A stretch of DNA of 64,000 nt from Granulicella sp. (GTDB taxonomy: Bacteria > Acidobacteriota > Terriglobia > Terriglobales > Acidobacteriaceae): positions 27,565-91,564 of the forward strand of contig DAHWNL010000070.1 in the NCBI GenBank assembly GCA_027339965.1, read 5' to 3'. The notes beneath the pieces are model-generated. The model was given only the letters and a program-made list of their open reading frames with translations, was not told the origin of the DNA and did no database searches. Position 1 is the stretch's first letter; every line of letters starts with the position of its first letter. The translations under genes and the position numbers were made by a program. Below are positions 29,683-38,440 of the stretch, one piece after another.

Positions 29683-31355
29683 GCACAGGATGGGCCGGGC
29701 TTCCGGGCCGGCGAGGGGCAACGAAGTATGGAGAGATTATGGAGCAGGAAGAGTTAAGGCTGCGAGGCACGGATCTATCCTCGAACGTCGAGTGCCGTAG
29801 GCTGTGCGTGGACCGGGAGCAGTGGCTTCAGACGGTGAAGGAACTGAGCGGTTCCGCGGCTCGGCTGCTGTCCCTATGGGGAGCCGATGATCGCGACTGC
29901 GATGGCTGCTTCCGCACCTATGCCGCCTGGCTTCTGCCCGGCAGCGTGCTGGTGTTGGAGCATCCGATCCACGCCGGCGGACTGGACGCCGCGACGGCTC
30001 CGAGCTACCCCGGTCTGGCCCGATTTTTCCCCTCGGCCCGGCGAATGCAGCGTGCTTTGCACGATCTGCTGGGAGTGGTGGCCGAAGAAGAAGTGAATGA
30101 CGAGCGAGGCTGGCTTCGCCATGGAGGCTGGCCGGAAGATCTATATCCCCTGCGCCGCGACGTCGATGGCCATCAGTCTTATCCGGTTGTCTCCGCGGCG
30201 TATCCCTTCACCATCGTGCAGGGTGATGGAGTGCATGAGATCGCGGTGGGTCCGGTGCATGCGGGGACCATTGAGCCAGGACACTTCCGGTTCTCAGTGG
30301 TGGGAGAAAAGATGCTGCGGCTTGAGGAGCGGCTGGGCTATACCCACAAGGGCGTGGCCCGGCGCTTTGCGGAGCTGCCGCAACAGGAGGGCCACCGCCT
30401 GGCGGCACGCCTCTCTGGAGACTCTGCCGTCGCCTTCTCCTGGGCTTACTGCGCGGCTTTAGAGTCCATCACCGAAACGCCGTGTCCTGCCCGGGCGACC
30501 CTGTTGCGCGCCCTGGCCCTTGAGCATGAGCGCGTGGCCAATCATCTGGGTGACATTGGAGCCATCGGCAACGACGCCGGCTTTGCCTTTGGCCTCACCC
30601 AGTTCTCCCGGCTGAAGGAAGATCTTCTGCGGGCGAACCGCTCCGTGTTCGGAGCGCGTTACCTGATGGATTATATTTTGCCGGGCGGTGTGGCGGCAGA
30701 CCTGCCGCAGCAGGCTCACAGCCTGCTGCTGAATGTGTATCGCAGTCTTGAGGAGGGAGTTCTGGGCATGCGCGCCATCTATGGTGAGCATGCGGGCCTC
30801 CGGGATCGCTTGCACGAGACGGGACGTCTGGACCGCGAGATTGCGGAACGCATGGGAGCGCTCGGGCTCTCGGCACGAGCATCCGGCATCGCCTGCGATC
30901 TGCGCGGGGACCATCCCTGGGCGCCTTATGACAAGATTCTCCAGAAGCTACCTGACAAGGCGCCTCTTTGGCCGATCACGAATCCTGACGGCGACGTCGC
31001 CGCCCGGGTGCAGGTGCGGTTCGAGGAGACCCTGCAAAGCCTCGAGTTGTGCCGTGTGCTTCTGGAAGAGATCTCTTCCCCTGCGCTATCCGGTCCGGCG
31101 CAGAGATCGGTGCAGGCGGCCCTGCCCGTCGCCGCGCCTTACCGTCTGGGGTTGGGTTTGATTGAAGCCTGGAGAGGGCCGGTGATGGTCGCTCTGAAGA
31201 CCGGTCCAGACGGCTCCATCCGGCGTTGCCACGCGCATGATTCCTCCTGGCAGAATTGGCCGTTTCTGGAGTTTGCGATTTTGGGCAACATTGTGCCCGA
31301 CTTTCCCTTGATCAACAAATCTTTCAATTTGTCCTATAGCGGACAAGACGGGTGA
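29679..31355 (+). CDS. HyfG/HycE-like large subunit lacking NiFe cysteines (EhrL)
   Basis: NuoC-like N-domain then VGPVHAGTIEPGHFRF and RLGYTHKG; RLSGDS and NLSYSGQD occupy the two CxxC positions. Start 29679 or 29739. Confidence 0.88.
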   Translation: MSTGWAGLPGRRGATKYGEIMEQEELRLRGTDLSSNVECRRLCVDREQWLQTVKELSGSAARLLSLWGADDRDCDGCFRTYAAWLLPGSVLVLEHPIHAGGLDAATAPSYPGLARFFPSARRMQRALHDLLGVVAEEEVNDERGWLRHGGWPEDLYPLRRDVDGHQSYPVVSAAYPFTIVQGDGVHEIAVGPVHAGTIEPGHFRFSVVGEKMLRLEERLGYTHKGVARRFAELPQQEGHRLAARLSGDSAVAFSWAYCAALESITETPCPARATLLRALALEHERVANHLGDIGAIGNDAGFAFGLTQFSRLKEDLLRANRSVFGARYLMDYILPGGVAADLPQQAHSLLLNVYRSLEEGVLGMRAIYGEHAGLRDRLHETGRLDREIAERMGALGLSARASGIACDLRGDHPWAPYDKILQKLPDKAPLWPITNPDGDVAARVQVRFEETLQSLELCRVLLEEISSPALSGPAQRSVQAALPVAAPYRLGLGLIEAWRGPVMVALKTGPDGSIRRCHAHDSSWQNWPFLEFAILGNIVPDFPLINKSFNLSYSGQDG

Positions 31356-31362
31356 GGCGACG

Positions 31363-31881
31363 ATGATCGATGTTCTGACGCGCATGCTGCGCACGGGAGT
31401 CCTGGCCGAGCCTGGAATCAGCCCAGAAGAAGCGGCATCTACGGCTGAAATCCTGCAGGGCAGCCTTTATGGTCTGTTGGGACGCGCACTCTCGATCCGG
31501 CATGTGGACGCGGGCTCCTGCAACGGCTGCGAGTTGGAGATCGCAGCTTTGCATAACCCCTACTACAATCTGGAGGGGAAGGGAGTTCATTTTGTCGCCA
31601 GCCCTCGTCACGCTGATCTGCTGTTGGTGACCGGACCGGTTTCGGTCAATATGGAAGAGGCGCTGAAGCGCACCTATGCGGCTGTTCCCGATCCCAAGCT
31701 GGTGATCGCCTTGGGAGATTGCGCCTCCTGTGGCGGAGTCTTCGGGCAGAATTATGCCAGCCGTGGCGCGATCGCCAACGTGATCCCTGTGCATCTCACC
31801 ATTCCCGGCTGCCCACCGGATCCTGTCGCCATCCTGGCGGGCATCCTGAAGGCGGTTCGCACCATCCGGCTTACCGCTTGA
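31363..31881 (+). CDS. HyfI/NuoB-like Fe-S small subunit (EhrS)
   Basis: GSCNGCELE, ASPRHAD, ALGDCA, IPGCPP. Confidence 0.9.
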   Translation: MIDVLTRMLRTGVLAEPGISPEEAASTAEILQGSLYGLLGRALSIRHVDAGSCNGCELEIAALHNPYYNLEGKGVHFVASPRHADLLLVTGPVSVNMEEALKRTYAAVPDPKLVIALGDCASCGGVFGQNYASRGAIANVIPVHLTIPGCPPDPVAILAGILKAVRTIRLTA

Positions 31882-32157
31882 AGCTGAAGAGTTGCGTGCT
31901 GAAGCTCAGGGTTTGTTGCAGGTTTCCTGAAGAATGCCCTGCGGCGGGTCCAGTCCAGGTTGAGACAAAAAGGGTGCGGAACTATGCGGCCATTCGCCGA
32001 CGGGCTCGGCGTCGTTCCGCTGCATGGTCTCCTCCTGCTTGACCAGACGAAGCCCGCCAGCAGACGTCCTTCGGGCCGGGCGCTCTGCGACAGAACAAAA
32101 ACCTGTAGCCAGCCAGTTGCCGAACAAACCACGCGCTCTGGGAGGTACAATTCCACC

Positions 32158-32532
32158 ATGCCGCTAAGCGCAAGCATAGAGAACCTTCCCAAAGGGATTG
32201 CCGTCGTCTCCCTCTCCGGGCGCCTGACGCTGGGGAACTCCCTGAAGATCGCAGACTCGCAGATTCAGGCTACGATTGAAGATGGTGTGAGCCGGTTGGT
32301 GATGGACCTGACCGACGTCGAATATATGGATAGCGCCGGCCTGGGTATGCTGATGGTGGCCTATGGCCTGGTGAATGAAAAGAAAGGCTCGCTTCGCCTT
32401 TGTGGCGTGGCGCCCCGCGTGATGTCTCTGTTTCAGATGACTCGTACCGATGGGCTCCTGCCCATTGATCAAACCCGTGAGGATAGTCTCGCAGTGCTGC
32501 GTGGACAGAGCGATTCGCCGATCCATAATTAG
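32158..32532 (+). CDS. STAS-domain anti-sigma factor antagonist
   Basis: VVSLSGRL, LVMDLTDVEYMDSAGLG, LRLCGV. Confidence 0.88.
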   Translation: MPLSASIENLPKGIAVVSLSGRLTLGNSLKIADSQIQATIEDGVSRLVMDLTDVEYMDSAGLGMLMVAYGLVNEKKGSLRLCGVAPRVMSLFQMTRTDGLLPIDQTREDSLAVLRGQSDSPIHN

Positions 32533-32861
32533 ACACGCAGGCGGGTCTACCGCATTCTCAGTGCAGGTGTAGCCCGATGCGGGCCATGGAAGATGGTGGA
32601 TGGCGTCAGCAACGTGGCTGGACATCAAGAAGCAAGTGGGCAGCGGCATCTTCCATTCACTCCAGCAGCCAAGCCCTCCGGGGCGCTTAAGTTGGAGATG
32701 ACCCTCATCAAGGTTCAGGCTTTGGGCTACATCTCTTCTGAAAACTCTCTATAGCATTTTCAGTGTTGATGGGCGTCCCGAAGAGGGCTTACAGTGGCGT
32801 TTTCATTGGGGAAAACGCCCATAGAAGTCGAAGCATTGTGTACACCTACACTGAAACTGCT

Positions 32862-33854
32862 CTAGCGTTGCGGTCGATGGCGATACTCCGCGCGCTGGGC
32901 TTTCCATCTCTCGTTTCGCGCTGTCTTTCCCTGGCGTGCCGCCGCGGCCGCGTCATTGTTGGCGTTGTGTTTGTTGTTATAGATGGAGCGGCTAAGATTG
33001 TTTTGGCGCTGGTTAATCTGCTGACGCTGCTGTCCAGTCAAGTAGCCTCCATTCGCCCTGCGATCGAACTGCGCCTGGCGATTGATGCTTGACGCGCGAT
33101 TCTCCAGATTTCGTGTTTCACCCGGGGTGAGCTGACCGGATCGGACCCCTTGCGTGATGCGCTGCTGCTGGTTGCCTTGGCGGCTATTGACTTGATTTCC
33201 GTGGCCAAAGAAGTCGCGCGAGTTCTGGGTCGCACGATTCATTCCGGCAACCTGCGCGGAGGTTGGAGGAAAGTGTCGCTCGTTCATCGCCATACGTTCC
33301 TGCGCTGTGGGGCGCGCAATCACCCCTCCAGGTCCGTTGAAGCTGGCATGATTGAAGTTCCGCTGAACAACCACGGTCCGATCGACATAGGTGTTGTGAA
33401 TGACAGCGGTGTTTACATTCACGACGGCCGTGTTGTATCGGAAGACTCCTCCCCGCCACATGCCGCCTACAAAGCCAACCCCGCCGTAGCCGAAGCCGTA
33501 GTTCACGCCGCCATAGAAGCCAACGTGCGGTCCCCAGTAGCCAACATGCCAGCTATACACGCCGCCGGCGAAGCCCCAGTACCCAGGCGTCCACAGGAGC
33601 CCAGGATGAGGGGGTGCGACCCAGACCCCTTGCACCCAATAGTACCCGGCGGGACCATAGGCCCAATAGCCAGGTGTCCACAAGTATCCGGGCGTGGGGC
33701 AAGGCGGCTGCACGTAGACGGGTAGCGGTGGTGGTGGAACATGCACCGAGACTCCTATGCCGATTCCGACGCCGATCTGCGCGAAGGAGGTTATCGGTGG
33801 GGCACACAAGAGTAAGGCGAGCAGGGACTTATGGATGATACGCATCTTCTTCAT
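32862..33854 (-). CDS. Secreted YXWGXW-repeat protein
   Basis: Signal peptide; PPPPLPVYVQPPCP, YLWTPGYW, YYWVQGVW, LLWTPGYW; Q/N/R-rich C-terminal helices; GGAG RBS before MKKMR. Confidence 0.85.
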   Translation of the reverse strand: MKKMRIIHKSLLALLLCAPPITSFAQIGVGIGIGVSVHVPPPPLPVYVQPPCPTPGYLWTPGYWAYGPAGYYWVQGVWVAPPHPGLLWTPGYWGFAGGVYSWHVGYWGPHVGFYGGVNYGFGYGGVGFVGGMWRGGVFRYNTAVVNVNTAVIHNTYVDRTVVVQRNFNHASFNGPGGVIARPTAQERMAMNERHFPPTSAQVAGMNRATQNSRDFFGHGNQVNSRQGNQQQRITQGVRSGQLTPGETRNLENRASSINRQAQFDRRANGGYLTGQQRQQINQRQNNLSRSIYNNKHNANNDAAAAARQGKTARNERWKAQRAEYRHRPQR

Positions 33855-33865
33855 AAAAATCTCCG

Positions 33866-33912
33866 TTGCCGTGGTCATAGTTGCCATGGTCATAGTTGCC
33901 ATGGTCATAGTT
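33866..33912. repeat. 15-bp tandem repeat x3 upstream of the YXWGXW gene
   Basis: GTTGCC(G/A)TGGTCATA repeated; reads MTMAT in frame on the minus strand. Confidence 0.85.
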
Positions 33913-34045
33913 CTGAAGCCTCTTAAAGTCTTTTTTGCAAGGGTTTGTCCAATGCAAAGCTGCGGACAAACGACCGCTCGATCCGGGCAGGTCTTAAGCG
34001 GCCAATTTACGATCTGGCTTGCTGCTTGGGCTCTTCCATTAACTT

Positions 34046-34594
34046 CTAATTCATGAGAGAAGCGCCCATCTGTTGCTGTTGTCTCTGCTGTTGCATCTTT
34101 CGCTGGCGGGCGAGGCGCTCGCGGATGATCTGTTGGTATCGGGGTAGCTGTGGCCCGCTCAGCATCGTCTCAATCTCGCTGTCGCTATCACGAAAGACCT
34201 TCTCGACCTTCACCCTCTTTTGCCAGGGAACCAGAGCCGGATTGTGGCGGATGGCCGCAATCAGGCTCTGACGATTCGCCAGAATGGCTTCAATCTGGGA
34301 TTGCTGTCCGGGCGTCAGTCCCAGCCTTCTGGTCAGCATGGCGGTCTGCCGCTCGGCCTGCCGCTGGGGAGGCGGAAGATTCTCTGGCTGCGCTGGCCCT
34401 GGCTGCCCGTATGCCGGCTGCGGTAGATTGGCTGCCGGCGCGGGAGCCGCGGGGGCTCCGGTCGGCGGAGTCTGGGAAGCTGCGCCGGGAGGGGGCGCCC
34501 CAGCCGCGGGTTGTTCCTGCGCGCGAAGAGCGCTGGCGGATAGCACGCAGATCAACGCCGCGCCAAGGGTTAGCGAGAGAGAAGACAGTCTCAT
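34046..34594 (-). CDS. Secreted helical protein, Spy/CpxP-like
   Basis: Signal peptide, Pro/Ala linker, LGLTPGQQSQI and LSGPQ (LTxxQ-like) motifs; CAGGAG RBS. Confidence 0.6.
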   Translation of the reverse strand: MRLSSLSLTLGAALICVLSASALRAQEQPAAGAPPPGAASQTPPTGAPAAPAPAANLPQPAYGQPGPAQPENLPPPQRQAERQTAMLTRRLGLTPGQQSQIEAILANRQSLIAAIRHNPALVPWQKRVKVEKVFRDSDSEIETMLSGPQLPRYQQIIRERLARQRKMQQQRQQQQMGASLMN

Positions 34595-35032
34595 GAAGAT
34601 GCTCCTGGTGATCGATTCGAGGTCTTCGGTCGTCTTTGAACCTTAGATTACCCTCGCAGATACAGACACTGAAGTCGCCGCCAAGTTTCGGTGGTTTCTT
34701 TTCCTGAACGATAGCAGGAACATGGCGCAACGCCAAAACCATTCCTGCAAAGAGCTCGAGGCCGGGGTTGCTCTCTGCGGTGAGACAGAAGGCATATCGA
34801 AGAGTTTCTTTTGCCCGTCAGCTTCGCTCTTCCGGCACGGGTCATCCAGCCATGTCCCAGCCAAAATCCAAGTTGCGAAGGAATTCGTACGTTAGCGAAG
34901 CGTCATCCACAGGAGACGAAGGGAGAGACGAGAGATGTCCCAACAACAGTCCGTCAGTCGGTCTCCAGCCGCGGCACAGCGAGCAGGCGTCATCCCAGCA
35001 CCGCTCGGCTTTCCGCAATGGCATGCATCCCG

Positions 35033-35587
35033 CTACTGTTTGTGCCAGGTTGCGTCTACATGGACCGGAATTTCATTCTTGATAGGCACGGTCAAAAACG
35101 ATGGCCGCGTAATCTTGAAGTCGGAGCAGGTAGACGGAACCGTTCCCTGAATGCGCACTTGGTTGCCCTGCTGCGTGCGCTGGAAGGGGATGTTCGCGTA
35201 CTGGGCAGTCTGGCCGGCAAACTGAACCTGGAGATTGGCGTGAATCCATGGCTGGTTTAGCTCTGACTCCGGAAACTGCGCGCGCACCACTACCATGGGA
35301 AAATCGGCTCCGCGCACCACTTCCATCATATGCAGGTCTCGATTGGAGTCACCCGACTCGAAGGTCTTCACCGGAACGGCGATCAGAAAGTTGCAGCTTC
35401 CGCTCTGGCAAATGCCCTTTCCCTTCGCCGCATGGCTGACGCCGTCTACCTCGTGCATGGGATGCGACATGTGGTAGCTCAGCGTGGACTGGTCCAGAAT
35501 CCACTGAGAGCTGTCTTGGGCCAAGAGAGAGGGCGCAACCCAAACAACTGCGCTCAGGAGCATAATGGAAAAAACTCCTCTGGTCAT
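35033..35587 (-). CDS. YceI family periplasmic protein
   Basis: W.LD..STLSY, HPMHEVDG, FESGDSNRDLHM, DFKITRP; signal peptide. Alternative start at 35611. Confidence 0.8.
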   Translation of the reverse strand: MTRGVFSIMLLSAVVWVAPSLLAQDSSQWILDQSTLSYHMSHPMHEVDGVSHAAKGKGICQSGSCNFLIAVPVKTFESGDSNRDLHMMEVVRGADFPMVVVRAQFPESELNQPWIHANLQVQFAGQTAQYANIPFQRTQQGNQVRIQGTVPSTCSDFKITRPSFLTVPIKNEIPVHVDATWHKQ

Positions 35588-35631
35588 TTCTTCTCCGAGT
35601 CTTCTCTTCATTTCTTCTCCCGGTCTTGTCG

Positions 35632-36558
35632 TTATTTCTTCTTCCAAAATCTGAGGTGGATTGGCCACGAAACGGCGATGATCGAGGCGGTATAGGCAAT
35701 CACGGTGGTGTACGCCACGAATCCGTGAGCTGCGGCAATGCCATGCACCTTTTCGCCGGCCTGCTCCTGGCTGAATGCCATTGAGCCCAGGATCGGAGTG
35801 AGGATCATGCCGGGTCCGTGCACAAATGCCAATGCCTCATGCACGCGAATGGCCCCGCGTCTCTTCACCCCAGAGATTTTGGGGGCGAAGATGGCAAAAG
35901 AGGCCGTCGAGACATAAAGCGCGGCGGTCGTGCTGCCCAGGGCTGCATGGAGGTCAAGATTGGTTTGCGTGGGCTCGCTGATCAACCGCCCGTTCCTGCC
36001 TTTGGCCTTGGCCATAGGTCCGGTGACCAGATCCGCCGCCATCGGTAACAAGGTAATGACGCCGAGCTTTTGATGAATCTTCAGCATCTCTGTGCGCCGG
36101 TTCAGACGGGCCTGCAGTTGCGGGTTGCCCTGCATCTGCTGCGGGCTAAACCCGAGGTCTTGCAGGGATGGCTCTTGCAAAGAGGTTGATGGGGCGTTGG
36201 GCAACTCCCGACTTTTTGGGGGTGCAGTCAGCGTAAACTGAAGCGCAGGCGCCTTGTTGGCAGTGACCGAAACTTTCTTCGTTTGGCTGTCAAATCCAGT
36301 CGCCGACACGTTCACATCGTAGGTTCCCGCAGCTAGCCGGAGGCTGAAGCTTCCAGAGGCATCGGTAACGGTCCGCGCAGACGGCCCGGATGTTACGCCT
36401 TTTACAGTTACCTGCGCGCCGGCCACGGGGCCGGCCGAACCATTTCTAACGGTTCCGGCGAGGAGGGCTGCCTGTTGGCCAAATCCGGCGCGCGGGAAGG
36501 CAAGAAGAAGCGCTATGCAGCAGAGCCAAAGCCATGGCCTCTTGCGGTCTACGTCCAT
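35632..36558 (-). CDS. Carboxypeptidase-regulatory-like domain fused to a His-rich multi-helix membrane domain
   Basis: LAGTVRNGSAGPVAGAQVTV...TDASGSF...GTYDVNVSATGF, then about four hydrophobic segments each with His. Confidence 0.75.
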   Translation of the reverse strand: MDVDRKRPWLWLCCIALLLAFPRAGFGQQAALLAGTVRNGSAGPVAGAQVTVKGVTSGPSARTVTDASGSFSLRLAAGTYDVNVSATGFDSQTKKVSVTANKAPALQFTLTAPPKSRELPNAPSTSLQEPSLQDLGFSPQQMQGNPQLQARLNRRTEMLKIHQKLGVITLLPMAADLVTGPMAKAKGRNGRLISEPTQTNLDLHAALGSTTAALYVSTASFAIFAPKISGVKRRGAIRVHEALAFVHGPGMILTPILGSMAFSQEQAGEKVHGIAAAHGFVAYTTVIAYTASIIAVSWPIHLRFWKKK

Positions 36559-36907
36559 GCTAGCACTCTCCTATTGGCAGTGTATCGTGTCCCGAAAAAG
36601 CGAATAATCTCTCGCCACAAGCAGAAAAGATGGGCTGCGTGCGCGCAAACATGCTTGTTCTGGTCTCGCAGGCCGGCGATCCTGCGGCGATGGGCAGAGC
36701 ATTTCTCCATCGACTGCCGCAAAAGCGAACAACCGTAACAGGAGCTATGCCTCTCCCGCCAGTCGAATTCCTGCGTGGCTCTCCTCGCTCTGCCCAGGTT
36801 GCCTGCCAATTCAATCGATTCTTCACTTCTCCTCTTTCGGAGATGAACGGTATCCTTATATTGATTGAAGGAGTCCAATTTCAAGGACTTTGAGGAGTTC
36901 AACTCGC

Positions 36908-37903
36908 ATGACCCGATCGCATACCTTCCGCATCCTGACTGTTCCATTCCTCCTTGCCGGACTCGTCTCCCCGCCTGCACACGCCGCCAACAAGGACATC
37001 ATTCAGCTCCAGACTCAGGTCCAGCAGCTTCAGGACGCTCTGGCCAACCTGCAGAAGTCCGAAGACGAGAACATGGGCATGCTCAAGGTACTCGTCCAGC
37101 AGACCGCCGATGCCGTGAACAGCATGACAACCACCGTGAACGGTCTCAAGCTCAGCATGCAGAATCAGCAGAGCGCCGCGAGCACGACCGACCAACAACT
37201 CTCCGGCCAGGTGCAGGCTCTGAACGACTCTCTGGATGCGCTCTCAGCTCGTTTGGACCGTATGTCCAAGAAGCTTACCGCCATCCAAGGCCAGCAGCAG
37301 ATCGCCAACGCCGCTCTCAGCAATCTGCCTCAGGCCGCTTCGGCTACCGCCGGCGCCCCCGCGCCAGGCGGCGCAGCCGCTGGAACTGTCCCGGCCGGCG
37401 CGAATCCGAACCTGGATACATCCAGCGCTCCAACGGATAGCAACCCCAACGGAGCCTTGGGATCGAGTGCTCAACCGGTTCCCGCAGGAAGTGAGCCCGT
37501 AGCGGTTCCTGCACCCACAATGCCCTCTGCCGGCGATATGTACCGTGGCGCTTATGCGGACTACATCTCCGCTCGCTATGCTTTGGCCACCACGGAGTTC
37601 GATGCGCTGATTAAGGCTCATCCTCAGGACAATCTTTCTGGCAACGCGTACTTCTATCTGGGAGAGATGGAGATGCGCAATCACAAACCCTCAGCCGCCA
37701 TCAAGAGCTACGATCAGGTGATCGTCAATTATCCAGCCAACGCAAAGCTCCCGGCCGCCGAGCTCCACAAGGCTTATGCGCTGGTCGATGAGCGTGAGAT
37801 TTCAGCGGCCGAGCGTGAATTGCGCGAGTTGATCCAGCGCTTCCCGGTATCGCCGGAAGCATCCCAGGCGCGAATCAAGCTCAACGCCCTTCGCCGCCAG
37901 TAG
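36908..37903 (+). CDS. Cell division coordinator CpoB/YbgF-like (coiled coil + TPR)
   Basis: Signal peptide, coiled coil, then YRGAY...Y.LA, NAYFYLGE, YDQVIVNYP, LIQRFPVSPEA; GAGGAG RBS. Confidence 0.8.
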   Translation: MTRSHTFRILTVPFLLAGLVSPPAHAANKDIIQLQTQVQQLQDALANLQKSEDENMGMLKVLVQQTADAVNSMTTTVNGLKLSMQNQQSAASTTDQQLSGQVQALNDSLDALSARLDRMSKKLTAIQGQQQIANAALSNLPQAASATAGAPAPGGAAAGTVPAGANPNLDTSSAPTDSNPNGALGSSAQPVPAGSEPVAVPAPTMPSAGDMYRGAYADYISARYALATTEFDALIKAHPQDNLSGNAYFYLGEMEMRNHKPSAAIKSYDQVIVNYPANAKLPAAELHKAYALVDEREISAAERELRELIQRFPVSPEASQARIKLNALRRQ

Positions 37904-38440
37904 CTCTTGGCGCAGGCCTCTTCGGGTGGGTTGGTCGGCGCCACGCCGCCAAGGCACCCCGCCAGAGCGGGAGTTCTTTGTCAGTGGTCGAGAGCGGAAG
38001 CTAGACAGAGCTGAGGCTGGCTGCGCCGAAGCTTTCGGCGGCGCACAGAGATTCGCGAGTTTCCGCTTCTGGTTGCACAGGGTGAAAGGAATCTCATCTT
38101 CCTCGTGCCGGCTATTCCAGAGAGGGCCTTCTGTGGCGCTTTTCCGGGGGCAAGCGCCCCTGGAGGCCGGGGCATCGGGATACACATCGACACGGGGAAA
38201 GCTCTGGTTCTGTTTGCTGCTGGCGGATAGATGACGCTAAGGCTTACAGCATCGAGATCTGCCTTCCCCGGGGCTCGAAGAGGCCGAAGAAGCGAATCTC
38301 TATGCAGAGATGGAGTCGGTTTGCTCCGGAACAGCCTCTCTGTTCAACGATGAACGATGTGCCTCTTCTTGCCCGAGGTTTCGCTTTGTGGACTCTTTGA
38401 CGGCACGCTCACTGGACAAAAACTCCCCCTGCGGCGAGCT

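Noticed and set aside
24502..31881. Functional NiFe hydrogenase-4 / formate hydrogenlyase
   Set aside because: Both NiFe-binding CxxC motifs are absent, and there are no maturation or fdh genes nearby.
37904..38440. 540-bp gap between convergent genes with small hairpins and short ORFs
   Set aside because: No convincing ORF, RNA motif or repeat identified.
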